This document shows positions 1 to 9,477 of a DNA stretch of 64,000 nt, piece by piece. The notes below the pieces were generated by a model. The model was not told where the DNA came from. It ran no database searches and saw only the letters and a list, made by a program, of their open reading frames with translations. Numbering within the stretch: position 1 is the stretch's first letter; each line of letters begins with the position of its first letter. The stretch covers positions 3,616,001-3,680,000 of the forward strand of contig OZ244561.1 of NCBI GenBank assembly GCA_965217585.1, written 5' to 3'. A program made the translations under genes and the position numbers. This stretch comes from Candidatus Latescibacterota bacterium (lineage in GTDB: Bacteria > Latescibacterota > UBA2968 > UBA8231).

Positions 1-335
1 TGTTCAGAGAATGCCTCCGCACTCCTTGTGAGTTGGTCAACGCTCACATCTGAATCAGTCTTGCACTCAATCAAAAGATAAGTCTTTGTCCGATCTTCTC
101 GGTTCAGCTCCAAGACAAGGTCTATGCGAAGTCGCCGACCAAATGAGTATTCCCGTATAGACTTCACCTCCGTGACGTTCATCTCCGGTAGAAAATCAGG
201 TGCAAGCTTTGCAATGACCTCGGTTTGCTCAGCGAGTGGCAAAGGAGAACGCTCACTATCGAGTAACCATGCGATCATCCCAGTGTGGATCTTCTCAAGC
301 TGGTAACCAACAATATCGACGAAGTTCTCTGCCAT
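1..335 (-). CDS. PD-(D/E)XK nuclease family protein (runs off window start)
   Basis: Not in the ORF track. Manual translation from ATG at 335 gives MAENFVDIVGYQLEKIHTGMIAWLLD...REYSFGRRLRIDLVLEL...YLLIECKTDSDVSVDQL, with the E..H..IAWLLD, RID, IExK and DQL motifs of PDDEXK_4-like proteins. Confidence 0.7.
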   Translation of the reverse strand, partial: MAENFVDIVGYQLEKIHTGMIAWLLDSERSPLPLAEQTEVIAKLAPDFLPEMNVTEVKSIREYSFGRRLRIDLVLELNREDRTKTYLLIECKTDSDVSVDQLTRSAEAFSE

Positions 336-429
336 CTGACCCTTTTCCTGTTCGATGCCGCCTAGCTGTGGATGCCTTTTCTTTTTTTGCTCTTTGGTGT
401 AGATATAATAAGGCTCGTGCTAGGTATAA

Positions 430-810
430 TCAATCAGATGCCGCTTTGGCTTGCAGGTTAGCGGCCGGTACTATTTCGTTCGCAGAGACGGTGATATGAG
501 CCACCTCCTCTACTTTGGGTCGGATCACAATATCAACATCCCGATCTAGTGCATTTAGGAAGGCCAAGAGCTTTTCAACGGAGAATTTATCGAACTGCCC
601 TCTTTTCAGGTCGGAGACCCGTCCTTGGGCAATGCCGAGTAGGGTACCGGCGTCTTTTTGGGTTAGGCCGCTCTCCGCGATGATACCTAAAATTTTTGTG
701 GCAATGCTTGCTTTTAATGACCACTCCTCTGGATTGTCATATCCTAAGTCAGCGTAAACGTTCGTCGATCCCTCATAGTACTCAGCATCGCCTACTTTTC
801 TCCTCTTCAT
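430..810 (-). CDS. XRE-family HTH antitoxin (HigA-like)
   Basis: GSTNVYADLG N-terminus and HTH LTQKDAGTLLGIAQGRVSDLKRG; overlaps the upstream toxin by 4 bp. Confidence 0.9.
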   Translation of the reverse strand: MKRRKVGDAEYYEGSTNVYADLGYDNPEEWSLKASIATKILGIIAESGLTQKDAGTLLGIAQGRVSDLKRGQFDKFSVEKLLAFLNALDRDVDIVIRPKVEEVAHITVSANEIVPAANLQAKAASD

Positions 811-1166
811 AGCGTTCTCCCCTCGGCTATTATTCTTGCTTGTTGAAGCCGCCGTGCAATGGTGGCTAATTCCTTTTTTGGAGTGGCAATGCCACGGGTG
901 GATTTCTTCTGAAAGGTATGAAGTACATAGAGATGATCGTCTAAATTCACTACATAAACGGCTCGATAAGTGTCCGTTTGATAGCGGCTAACTATCTCCA
1001 TGACGCCTGCAAAACCCCTCAGAGGCTTTGCTTGGTCGTGCTTTCCTCCGGTTTGGGCAATCCATAGGGCATAGCCTATATCATTTTGAACCTCGCGGGG
1101 GAGGGCTATAAGATCATCATAGGAGGATCCCACCCAGACAATAGGCTTGATTAGCACATCGTTCAT
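807..1166 (-). CDS. RelE/HigB (Gp49-like) type II toxin
   Basis: KPIVWVGSS..DL..LP, AKPLRGF.GVMEI, YRAVY, YVLHTFQKKS; toxin-before-antitoxin order. Confidence 0.9.
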   Translation of the reverse strand: MNDVLIKPIVWVGSSYDDLIALPREVQNDIGYALWIAQTGGKHDQAKPLRGFAGVMEIVSRYQTDTYRAVYVVNLDDHLYVLHTFQKKSTRGIATPKKELATIARRLQQARIIAEGRTL

Positions 1167-1172
1167 AAAGAA

Positions 1173-1202
1173 ATTATATCAAATTTGATATGGACACGTC
1201 AA
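1173..1202 (-). promoter_or_regulatory. sigma70 promoter with overlapping 16-bp palindromic operator for the TA operon
   Basis: Minus strand TTGACG-N18-TATAAT; perfect palindrome ATATCAAATTTGATAT at 1176-1191. Confidence 0.75.
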
Positions 1203-1307
1203 GCGGGTGGATTATCATCGAAAGGTTAGAGCTTGCCCTCGTTGACGCGGTCAGAGTGGCGTCCTTTAACAAGGGCCAATAAACGCTTGGGGCGTGCTGA
1301 GCTACTG

Positions 1308-2021
1308 CTAGGAATCCGCCTCTAAGCAGAGGGTGGCCCAGTTCTGGAAAAAGGTTCGTCCGTTGGCGTGGAGGGCGGGCAAGTGCTGGGCCGCGTCGGC
1401 CTTGATCTGCTCGCCGTCTAGCCCCTCCTCGCGTACCTCGTCGGCAAAAGCCCGGACCATATCGGCGATAATTTGCGTGGTAACTTCCATGTGGAAGAGG
1501 ACGCCATACGCCGCCCGGCCATAAGAAAACGCTTGGTAGGCGGTGCGGGCAGAAGAGGCCAGCGCAGTAGCTCCCTTGGGTAGATCGAAGATGTCGCCGT
1601 GCCAGTGATAGCCCATAAAGGATGGTTGCAGCCCGCCCATTAGCTGATCTTCGCTGGCAGCGGGCTTCCGCTGAATAGGATACCAGCCGATTTCTTTCTG
1701 CGGACCGCGGGCGACCCGAGCACCAAGAGCCGTGGCCAAAAGCTGGCTGCCTAGGCAAATGCCGAGTACGGGCTTGTCTTCTTTTAGGGCTTGGTCGATA
1801 AGGCGCATAGCCGCGTCCAGAAACGGGTAGCGATCGTGTTCGTACACGCCCATCGGACCCCCCAAGACCACTAGGCCGACAGCCTCGTCCATATAACGGG
1901 GGACCTCTTCGCTGGCAAAGGTATGGATGTAGGCGGGCGCGAGACCGCAGCCTTGGAACACTTGACCGGCGATCCCCAAGTTTTCCGGCTGCGCGTTTTG
2001 CAGGACCCATATTTTGTTCAT
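1308..2021 (-). CDS. type 1 glutamine amidotransferase (GuaA-like GATase)
   Basis: LGGPMG, LGICLGSQL nucleophile, WHGD, FHME; start re-called at MNKIWV (2021). Confidence 0.9.
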   Translation of the reverse strand: MNKIWVLQNAQPENLGIAGQVFQGCGLAPAYIHTFASEEVPRYMDEAVGLVVLGGPMGVYEHDRYPFLDAAMRLIDQALKEDKPVLGICLGSQLLATALGARVARGPQKEIGWYPIQRKPAASEDQLMGGLQPSFMGYHWHGDIFDLPKGATALASSARTAYQAFSYGRAAYGVLFHMEVTTQIIADMVRAFADEVREEGLDGEQIKADAAQHLPALHANGRTFFQNWATLCLEADS

Positions 2022-2266
2022 TGTCGAGTCTCCTCCGCTATTTGGTCTACACTGCCCTGGAATACGGAGACCTCGAATCGGCCTAGTGCCGAGATGAATT
2101 CGCTGCGGGATAAACCCGAAATTTCGGCCGCTCGGCTTTGGGACACTAGCCCCATCTCGTACCATTTCACAGCGGCAGCCAAACGCAACTCTTGGGTGAA
2201 CCGCTCGGGATCTTTCCGTACCGACGAAAGTACATCCTCTGGCAGCTCAAAAGTAACCGTTACCAT
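2018..2266 (-). CDS. UPF0175 family small HTH protein (putative antitoxin)
   Basis: ELRLAAAVKWYEMGLVSQSRAAEISGLSRSEF pattern; start MVTVTF after GGAG. Confidence 0.8.
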   Translation of the reverse strand: MVTVTFELPEDVLSSVRKDPERFTQELRLAAAVKWYEMGLVSQSRAAEISGLSRSEFISALGRFEVSVFQGSVDQIAEETRQ

Positions 2267-2505
2267 AGCATTTTCTCCTGATTGAGCCAGATACAGACTT
2301 GTGGAGCGCGATTTTCCGAAAAGCAAATCGTTCAGTCGTCTCTCGTCTGCTTATCTAAAATATATGCCTTAATCTGTTCCCAAGAACTGGATTCCCCAAC
2401 GGCAATTTTCCCACTAGTGCCGCAGTCGCCGAGCGGATCGTCAATCCAGCGGATGATCTTCCACAAGCCTTCTCCGCCAATAAAACGAATGAGACACTCC
2501 GTCTA

Positions 2506-3168
2506 TTACCGCTTCCGCGCCAGCGTCAACCCATCGCCAATCGACAGCAGGGACGCGGTCACCCGCTCGTCGGCGCGGATTTTGGCGTTGAGCGCGCGGA
2601 TCGCCACAGTGCTTTCGTCCTGCTCGTTGGCATCGGCGGGCCGCCCGCCCCACAGCACGTTGTCGATCAGGATCAATCCGCCCCGGCGCAAGAGTTGTAG
2701 GCAGCGCTCGTAATAGGCGTCGTAATTTTCCTTGTCCGCGTCGATAAAGGCCATGTCGAAGCAACCAGCTTCCCCGGCCGCGAGCATGCCGTCGAGGGTT
2801 GCTACCGCTGGCCCCAACCGCAATTCGATCTTGTCGGCCACGCCGGCTTCCTGCCAATAGCGCTGGGCAATGCGGGTAAATTCGTCGCTCACGTCGCAGG
2901 CGATTAGACGCCCGTCCGCTGGCAGGGCCAGCGCCATCGCGATGCTGCTGTAGCCAGTAAAGGTCCCCACCTCGACGATCCGCTTGGCGTCGATCAGCTC
3001 GACGAGCAGCCCCATGAACTGCCCCTGATCGGGCGAGATCTGCATTCCGCCCATAGGCATGGCTCTGGTCTCCTGCCGCAACCGCTTGAGCTCGTCTCGG
3101 TCGCGCAGCGAGTTGGCGAGGATGTAGTCGTAAATATGCGTTTCGATAAAACCGTTGCGAGAACTCAT
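2506..3168 (-). CDS. class I SAM-dependent O-methyltransferase (caffeoyl-CoA OMT family)
   Basis: VEVGTFTGYS, FDMAFIDADK, DNVLWGG. Confidence 0.93.
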   Translation of the reverse strand: MSSRNGFIETHIYDYILANSLRDRDELKRLRQETRAMPMGGMQISPDQGQFMGLLVELIDAKRIVEVGTFTGYSSIAMALALPADGRLIACDVSDEFTRIAQRYWQEAGVADKIELRLGPAVATLDGMLAAGEAGCFDMAFIDADKENYDAYYERCLQLLRRGGLILIDNVLWGGRPADANEQDESTVAIRALNAKIRADERVTASLLSIGDGLTLARKR

Positions 3169-3216
3169 GGGCCGACCTTTCGCAAAAGAGGATACAGGAA
3201 GTTGCGCCTAAGTAAG

Positions 3217-3564
3217 TCAAGATTGGAGTTTGGGATTTTCCGCGTGACGTTTGCGGTCGCGTCGGGTCTTCTTGGCCAGCGCACGCTGGAAGGATTCCTC
3301 CAAGTCGATCCCGGTCTGATTGGCGAGGCATATGAGGACGAAGAGCACGTCGGCCATCTCCATGCCGAGGTCGGCTTCCTCGCCCTCCTTAAAGCTCTGC
3401 TCGCCAAAGGTGCGGGCCATGATCCGCGCCAGCTCGCCGACTTCCTCCATCAGCACGGCCGTATTGGTCAGCTCTGAGAAGTAGCGCACGCCGACATCGG
3501 CGATCCACTCGTCCACCGCTCGCTGGCAGGCGCGGAGGGTGTGCTCAGGCGTGGGTTGGCTCAT
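3217..3564 (-). CDS. MazG-like nucleotide pyrophosphohydrolase (YpjD-like)
   Basis: LMEEVGELAR and EMADVLFVLICLANQTGIDL. Confidence 0.9.
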   Translation of the reverse strand: MSQPTPEHTLRACQRAVDEWIADVGVRYFSELTNTAVLMEEVGELARIMARTFGEQSFKEGEEADLGMEMADVLFVLICLANQTGIDLEESFQRALAKKTRRDRKRHAENPKLQS

Positions 3565-4672
3565 AGGGAACAGGTGCCAGACCGTCCTGCTGCCGTTGGG
3601 CATTGACATCGTCCAAGCGCCAGGGCACGGCCGATCCGTCGGTGCGAAAGCGCTTGTAGTAGCCGCCTTGGTTGAGGCGGGCGATGGGCATCAGCGGCGC
3701 GGTCGGTCGCAGCTCGGCTAGGCCTGTGCCATGGAGCGCCGTGCCGCTCGCGAGATCGACGACCTCGATTTCCCCAGGGTCAATGGTCCCCAGGCCGCGA
3801 GCGTGGGCGAATTGCAGGTAGGGGGTGGTCTGCGGATCGAGGCCCATCAGGTAGGTGGCGACTGCATCTACGTGAACCTCGTTGACGCCGGCCAAGGCCC
3901 AGCCGAGGGGGTAATTGGCTCCTTCGTTGAACGCCGTGCCGTCGCGGCCGACAAGGCCATCTACCACTGAAAGCCGCGGCATCCCCAGGCCGCGCAGCGC
4001 GACCAATAGATCGCAGAGCTTGTGATAGAAGCGGTCTTCAAAGAGGCTGAGGCCGCTCTCGGTCAGCCGCCACAGCTCCTCGGCGCAAGGCTCGTCCACC
4101 GCTTGGATCGCGCACAGATGCCGCTCGGGCTTGGCTATGATGCCCATCAGGTTTTTAATCGACAAGGTCGTGCAGCCCAAGTTGTGGCACTTGGCGAGGG
4201 GGACGTTAAAAAAGAAGGCGCAGTCGGTCACTTCTCGGTACAGGGGATAGCGCTCGTACACCACGCCGTCGGCGACCTCGACGACGCGGGAATCCTCGTC
4301 GGTGTTCATTTCTGCGAGCCGCACGCCCCGCTCCTCGGTCATGGCGCGATAGCCGCATAGTGCCCAAGTGTGCCCGGCCGCGGCATTTTCCCCGGACTGG
4401 CCATCGGCAACCACCATGCGCTCGGAGGGTACGCCGCGGTCGCGCAGGGCGTCGAGTAGGCCGCCGACAAATCCGGGGTGAGTGATGACGCGCTTTTCCG
4501 GTGGATAGAGTACGGTGGCGTTGGGCTTGAGCAAGATGGTGCCGGCGGCAGGTAGCGGCACCTCGAGGGCGGCGAGGGTGCGATAGGCCAACGCCCGATA
4601 GGTCGCAAAAGGAGCGTCGGCGCGGTCGATGGGCGAGCGCTCTAGATACACTGCGTCGGGGTGTGCGAGCAT
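3545..4672 (-). CDS. DUF362 domain protein
   Basis: ILLKPN, ITHP, NVPLAKCH, TLSIKNLMG, VVDG motifs. Confidence 0.85.
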   Translation of the reverse strand: MLAHPDAVYLERSPIDRADAPFATYRALAYRTLAALEVPLPAAGTILLKPNATVLYPPEKRVITHPGFVGGLLDALRDRGVPSERMVVADGQSGENAAAGHTWALCGYRAMTEERGVRLAEMNTDEDSRVVEVADGVVYERYPLYREVTDCAFFFNVPLAKCHNLGCTTLSIKNLMGIIAKPERHLCAIQAVDEPCAEELWRLTESGLSLFEDRFYHKLCDLLVALRGLGMPRLSVVDGLVGRDGTAFNEGANYPLGWALAGVNEVHVDAVATYLMGLDPQTTPYLQFAHARGLGTIDPGEIEVVDLASGTALHGTGLAELRPTAPLMPIARLNQGGYYKRFRTDGSAVPWRLDDVNAQRQQDGLAPVPYEPTHA

Positions 4673-4701
4673 GGTACTCTCCTATAGAGTGATAGACAAG
4701 C

Positions 4702-4736
4702 AAAAGCGGCCGAGAGCCACAAGCTCCCGACCGCTT
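4702..4736 (-). terminator. possible intrinsic terminator downstream of murA
   Basis: Imperfect inverted repeat AAGCGG..GAG/CTC..CCGCTT next to a short A-run. Confidence 0.4.
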
Positions 4737-4762
4737 ACTTAGCGTTGGGTGCGCAATGCGCC

Positions 4763-6034
4763 TCAGTGTCTTTCGATGTCGGCGCCCAAGGCCCGCAGGC
4801 GGCGCTCGAGGTGGACGTGCCCTCGGTCGAGCTGGTAGAGGTTGCTAATCTCGGTGTAGCCCTCGGCCGCTAGGCCGGCGAGCACGCAGGCGGCCCCGGC
4901 GCGAATGTCCATGGCTTTGACCGTGGCTCCTTTGAGTTGGGCTGGCCCGTGTACCAACACTAGGCGGTCCTTTTCCGGCGCGATGCGCGCGCCGAAGGAG
5001 CGCAAAGCCTTGACGTGGCCGAGGCGATCTTCGAATACGGTCTCGCGGATGTAGCTGTCGCCTTTGGCCATGCACGCCAAGGCCGTCATCCCGGGCTGCA
5101 AGTCCGTTGGGAAGCCGGGGTAAAAGGTGGTCACTACGTTGATCGGCGACAAGGTTTCCGGCCCGCGCACCCGCATCCAAGCCCCTTCCTCTGTCATCTC
5201 GACACCCATCTGCTGTAGCTTGGCCTCAAAGACGTATAGGTGATCGCGCACTACGCCCTTGAGGGCGATATCGCCGCCGGTAATCGCGCCTGCCATCATC
5301 AAGAGGCCGGCGTCGAGGCGGTCGTACATGATCGTGTGCTCGGTGCCTACCAACTCATGGACCCCCTTGATATGCACCCGCCGCGTACCAGCCCCTTCGA
5401 CTTGGGCGCCCATCTTTTGCAGGAGCGCCGCGAAATCGACGATCTCCGGGTCGGAGGCCGCGTTTTCGATCACGGACTCGCCCTCTGCTAGGCAGGAAGC
5501 CATGACGAGGTTTTCCACCCCAGTATGACTGGGCAAATCGCAGTACATAAAGGCCCCGGAGAGCCGCTTGGCCACCACGTCGATACCGCCGCCGGACACG
5601 CCTTGGACCTCGGCTCCGAGCCGGGCAAAGCCGCGATAGTGATAGTCGGTCGGCCGCGAGCCAATCGTGCAGCCGCCGACCTCTTGGATCCAAGCGCGGC
5701 CAAAACGGGCCAATAGCGGCCCGACGAAAAGCAGCGAGGCGCGAAAGCGGTTGGTCAAATCCGCGGGCAGCCGGTGCTCTTTGACATCTCGGGTGTCTAG
5801 GACGGCCACTTCCTCGGTTGCATCGTAATCGACGCGCGCGCCGAGCCGACGCAACAGCTCTAGGGCGACCAACACGTCTTTGACCGGGGGTACCCGGTGC
5901 AAAACGGTCTGCCCTTCGGTGGCCAACAGTGAAGCGGCCAACATGGGCAAAGCGGCGTTTTTGGACCCTTGGACCTCGACCTCCCCTTGGAGAGGGCGTC
6001 CGCCACGCACAAAAAGAACTTCTGAAGAACTCAT
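4763..6034 (-). CDS. murA: UDP-N-acetylglucosamine 1-carboxyvinyltransferase
   Basis: GSKNAALP, GGCTIGSRP (catalytic Cys), YPGFPTDLQ, DIRAGA, LDRG. Confidence 0.96.
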   Translation of the reverse strand: MSSSEVLFVRGGRPLQGEVEVQGSKNAALPMLAASLLATEGQTVLHRVPPVKDVLVALELLRRLGARVDYDATEEVAVLDTRDVKEHRLPADLTNRFRASLLFVGPLLARFGRAWIQEVGGCTIGSRPTDYHYRGFARLGAEVQGVSGGGIDVVAKRLSGAFMYCDLPSHTGVENLVMASCLAEGESVIENAASDPEIVDFAALLQKMGAQVEGAGTRRVHIKGVHELVGTEHTIMYDRLDAGLLMMAGAITGGDIALKGVVRDHLYVFEAKLQQMGVEMTEEGAWMRVRGPETLSPINVVTTFYPGFPTDLQPGMTALACMAKGDSYIRETVFEDRLGHVKALRSFGARIAPEKDRLVLVHGPAQLKGATVKAMDIRAGAACVLAGLAAEGYTEISNLYQLDRGHVHLERRLRALGADIERH

Positions 6035-6091
6035 TGCTAATCCTGAAGTTAAGAGGGCGAGCAAACACACCAAGGGGAGGGGGATAAGCCA

Positions 6092-6164
6092 AATGTAACA
6101 TTGGGTATTCGGTTCGTCAATTGCCTAATGCACTGCTTGACATAGAGGGGCGTGGCTCTATATT
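6092..6164. promoter_or_regulatory. divergent sigma70-like promoters for murA and glutaredoxin
   Basis: Minus strand TTGACG-N17-TACATT (6120-6092); plus strand TTGACA-N16-TATATT (6137-6164). Confidence 0.5.
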
Positions 6165-6212
6165 CCATCGAGGACAAAATTGTCTCTATCACGCCAGAAA
6201 GGAATTCCAATC

Positions 6213-6482
6213 ATGGCCGAATCCCCTCACATTGTCGCCTATCTGAAGCCGGTTTGCGGCTGGAGCAATAGCGTGCGCACCACCTTCGCCAAGTACGGCT
6301 TGGCGTACGAAGACAAAGACATTATCAACAATCCGGCTATTTACGCTGAGATGGTGCAGAAAAGCGGCCAGCCCCTCTCGCCCTGCGTCGAGATCAACGG
6401 CCAGATGCTGGCTGACGTAGATGGCGGCGAGGTCGAGGCTTGGATGCTTGAAAACAGAGTTGTTGAGCCGGTCTCGGCCTAA
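6213..6482 (+). CDS. glutaredoxin family protein (CGWS)
   Basis: YLKPVCGWS and SGQPLSPCVEING; thioredoxin-fold size. Confidence 0.85.
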   Translation: MAESPHIVAYLKPVCGWSNSVRTTFAKYGLAYEDKDIINNPAIYAEMVQKSGQPLSPCVEINGQMLADVDGGEVEAWMLENRVVEPVSA

Positions 6483-7000
6483 TTGCGCATGCGGCTCAAC
6501 ACGCGCCGCATGCCCTCGCATAGGTTGGGCTGCTCGTGGTTGAGCGGCCCGCTCGCCGCTCGGCGAATCAGCGTCAACGCGCCCCATAGCTGGCCGTCGT
6601 TGGTCTTGAGCGGCAACACATAGCTAAAGCCTATAGACCCGCCTTCAGCCCCCTCCAGGAGGAAGCGCACCACCCCTGCTGGCAGGGGGCTTTCTTCGTC
6701 GGCGCTGGCCTGTCCCACCAGCAACAACGAGGAGTTACCGACCCCCTCCTGCTCGGTGAAGGAGCGCGCGCCGTCCTGCTCTAGCACCCGCTGCAAGACT
6801 TCAGCCCCTGCGCCGGCCGTGTGGACCACCCCTTGGCCGACGCGCTCATACACTATGGTGTCTGCCGCCTCGATGCCCAGCAGCAAATCCATGCCTTGGA
6901 CTACGGCTTCGTCCGGCGACATGGCCTCGAGCGATGCGACGATGTGCGGTGGAATTGCAGCGGGTTCGGGCATGTTGAACGGGATGATTGAGATGGGCAT
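6479..7000 (-). CDS. hypothetical protein, degenerate GAF-like domain
   Basis: C-terminal YVLPLKTNDGQLWGALTL resembles the GAF terminal strands. Confidence 0.5.
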   Translation of the reverse strand: MPISIIPFNMPEPAAIPPHIVASLEAMSPDEAVVQGMDLLLGIEAADTIVYERVGQGVVHTAGAGAEVLQRVLEQDGARSFTEQEGVGNSSLLLVGQASADEESPLPAGVVRFLLEGAEGGSIGFSYVLPLKTNDGQLWGALTLIRRAASGPLNHEQPNLCEGMRRVLSRMRN

Positions 7001-7054
7001 GGCGCATCCTTGACAAGGCAAATGAGGGGGCTTTAATTTTATTCTTCTTCTGGT

Positions 7055-7130
7055 GGCTCTTTAGCTCAGTTGGTAGAGCAGGAGACTGAAAATCTCTGTG
7101 TCCGCGGTTCGATTCCGCGAGGAGCCACCA
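7055..7130 (+). tRNA. tRNA-Phe (GAA)
   Basis: 76 nt cloverleaf: GGCTCTT/AGGAGCC acceptor stem, D-arm AGCTCAGTTGGTAGAGC, anticodon loop CTGAAAA, T-loop GTTCGATTC, encoded CCA. Confidence 0.98.
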
Positions 7131-7143
7131 TATTATAAACAAT

Positions 7144-7181
7144 AAACAGCCCCTTAGCTTGCACAAGCTGAGGGGCTGTTT
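7144..7181. terminator. bidirectional intrinsic terminator
   Basis: Long hairpin AAACAGCCCCT..AGCTTG/CAAGCT..AGGGGCTGTTT between convergent tRNA and CDS. Confidence 0.8.
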
Positions 7182-7195
7182 GCATTGGTGCGGGT

Positions 7196-8113
7196 TCATC
7201 GCGCATCGCCCTCTTCTGTCATGTGCTTGATCTGTCCCCAACTTGCGGATTGCACCGCCGTGGCGGGGAGGTCGCTCGCTGCGCAGCGAAATCCGATGAT
7301 GAGATAAGTCGCCGAAGGCGGCAGCCCACTGCGGTCGGTGGTGCGCAGGCGATACGGATCGCTGCTCATCGACCCGCCCCGAAGCACTCGGCTGATCCCG
7401 GCGTCTGGCCCTTGCGGATCGCGCTTGGGGCTTTGTGCGTAGTAATCCTCGCCGTACCAATCCACCACCCACTCCCAGACATTGCCCCCCATATCGTGGG
7501 CCCCATAGGGAGAAACCCCGCGCTGATAAGAGCCTACCGGGGCCGAGGCGAAAAAGCCGTCGCTGTCGTCGCCGCGGCAGCAGCCCTCCTTACCGTAGTT
7601 GGCCCGGCTGCGGTCGATGTGATTACCCCAGGGATAGATGCGGCCGTCAGTGCCGCGGGCGGCCTTTTCCCACATGGCCTCGGTCGGCAACTGCATGCCG
7701 GCCCAAGTGCAATACGCACGAGCACCGTACCACGAGACCTCGGCGACCGGCCGCTGTTCGGTGCCGGGAATCGGCGCGTATCCCTCGTCGCCGTAGCGGA
7801 TCTGCGCGTCGGCATCGCGCACATCGAGCAGCAGGTGTCCTTCCCCATCCGCGTTGTGGTCGCTGTCGTTTAAAAAGGCAGCGTACTGGTCGTTGTTGAC
7901 TTCAAAACGGTCGATGTAGAATTCGTCGAGATGGACCTGGTGGACTGGCTGTTCGTCCGCCCGTCCCGCGGCCGATCCCATCGCAAAATAACCGGCGGAG
8001 ACGCGGGCCAACTCGTGCATGGTGCCGGCCGGCGTCTGCACTTGGACTATCTCCTGGGCTAAAACACCCGGTGCCCATACCCAAAAGCACCAGAATACGC
8101 TGCTGCGCGTCAT
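7196..8113 (-). CDS. secreted FGE-sulfatase (SUMF1) fold protein, probably non-catalytic
   Basis: F.MGS, P.H.V, LPTEA.WEKAARG, DMGGNVWEW, RVLRGGS, GFRCA; signal peptide; C-terminal TAVQSASWGQIK. Confidence 0.9.
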   Translation of the reverse strand: MTRSSVFWCFWVWAPGVLAQEIVQVQTPAGTMHELARVSAGYFAMGSAAGRADEQPVHQVHLDEFYIDRFEVNNDQYAAFLNDSDHNADGEGHLLLDVRDADAQIRYGDEGYAPIPGTEQRPVAEVSWYGARAYCTWAGMQLPTEAMWEKAARGTDGRIYPWGNHIDRSRANYGKEGCCRGDDSDGFFASAPVGSYQRGVSPYGAHDMGGNVWEWVVDWYGEDYYAQSPKRDPQGPDAGISRVLRGGSMSSDPYRLRTTDRSGLPPSATYLIIGFRCAASDLPATAVQSASWGQIKHMTEEGDAR

Positions 8114-8204
8114 ACCGCCTCCGCTACATGGCCTTTTTCGTCGCGAGCTGTTGATTTACTTTCCTACATACATAATTACCATCCCCCGTTCCAGCAAAAA
8201 GAAA

Positions 8205-9470
8205 TTGGTCTCCACTCACCGCGAGGCGCTTGCGCTTTTCAACCGCGACGTGCGCCTAGTGCTCTTTAGCCAAGCTCTGATCGGCTTTACGATCTTCGGC
8301 GGCGTCTATACCGTTCTACTCAATCTCTACCTCTTGCGCCTAGGCTACGGCCCCCAATTGATCGGCCAAGTCAACGCCGTTGGTGCGCTGTCGTTTGCCC
8401 TCTTGAGTATGCCCGCGGGCCTGTTGGCCAACCGCTGGGGGGCGCGCCGGAGCATGATCGCCGGCATGGTGATCGCCGCTCTGGGTTTTGGCTTGTTGCC
8501 CTTGGGCGAATTTGCCCCCATCTCCGCGCAGTTGGCTTGGGTCATGGGAGCGTATGCCCTCGGCGTCCTCGGCAATACGCTCTTCATCGTCTGCTCGATA
8601 CCCTTTCTGACCCTGATCTGTCCGCCGCGTCTGCGCAATCACGTGTTCTCGACTCAGGTGGCGCTGTGGCCGCTGGCGGGCTTTGCCGGCAGCTTGTGCG
8701 GTGGCCTGCTGCCCGGTCTGTTCTCCGCGCTGCTCGGCCTGCCCGAAGACCACCCGGCTCCTTATCGCTACCCACTGCTGCTGGCCGCTGGCGTGCTATT
8801 CATCAGCGCCGGCGCTATCGCTGCAACCCGCTCCCGTCCGCACAAGCCGCCCGCTAGGGAACGCGGCGAAGCGACGCCCTTTCCTCTGGCCATCGTCCTC
8901 GCCTTGAGTTTGGTCACCTTCCTGCAGATGGCTGCGGAAAACAGTCTCCGCATCTTCTTCAATGTATACATGGACGACGGCCTCGGGGTCTCCACGGCGC
9001 TGATCGGCAGTCTGACTGCCGGGGGCCAGCTCTTGGCCGCCTGTACCGCGCTAGCTGCCCCTGCGCTCAGCCGACGTTTCGGTCGGGTGCCGGTGATTAC
9101 CGGGGGGGCCGGGGCTATGGTGCTGTGTCTCATACCGCTGGCCTTGGTCGCCCATTGGGCGGTGGCCGGAGCCGCTTGTATGGCCCTAGTTGCTCTCAGT
9201 TCGATCCGCCGCTCGGTCTATATCGTCTTTCAGCAGGAGCTGGTCCCCGAGCGTTGGCGGGTGACCATGAGTTCGGCGCTGACCATGGCTTACGGCATCA
9301 GCATCGCCGGCGTTTCGCTCGGCGGCGGCTGGATGATCGACGCGCTGGGGTATCGGGCGTTGTTTTGGAGCAGTGCCGTGATTACGGCTGCGGGTGTACT
9401 CTGCTTTCAGGGCTACTTCCGCATCCCTCGCGGCGAGTACGCCAAACGCCTGACAGATGAGCGGGCGTGA
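8205..9470 (+). CDS. MFS transporter
   Basis: About 12 hydrophobic segments and motif A GLLANRWGARR; start (TTG 8205) uncertain. Confidence 0.9.
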   Translation: MVSTHREALALFNRDVRLVLFSQALIGFTIFGGVYTVLLNLYLLRLGYGPQLIGQVNAVGALSFALLSMPAGLLANRWGARRSMIAGMVIAALGFGLLPLGEFAPISAQLAWVMGAYALGVLGNTLFIVCSIPFLTLICPPRLRNHVFSTQVALWPLAGFAGSLCGGLLPGLFSALLGLPEDHPAPYRYPLLLAAGVLFISAGAIAATRSRPHKPPARERGEATPFPLAIVLALSLVTFLQMAAENSLRIFFNVYMDDGLGVSTALIGSLTAGGQLLAACTALAAPALSRRFGRVPVITGGAGAMVLCLIPLALVAHWAVAGAACMALVALSSIRRSVYIVFQQELVPERWRVTMSSALTMAYGISIAGVSLGGGWMIDALGYRALFWSSAVITAAGVLCFQGYFRIPRGEYAKRLTDERA

Positions 9471-9477
9471 ACGGGTA

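Noticed and set aside
7055-7200. tRNA-Phe as integration site of an island
   Set aside because: No integrase, and I found no duplicated tRNA 3' end in the window.
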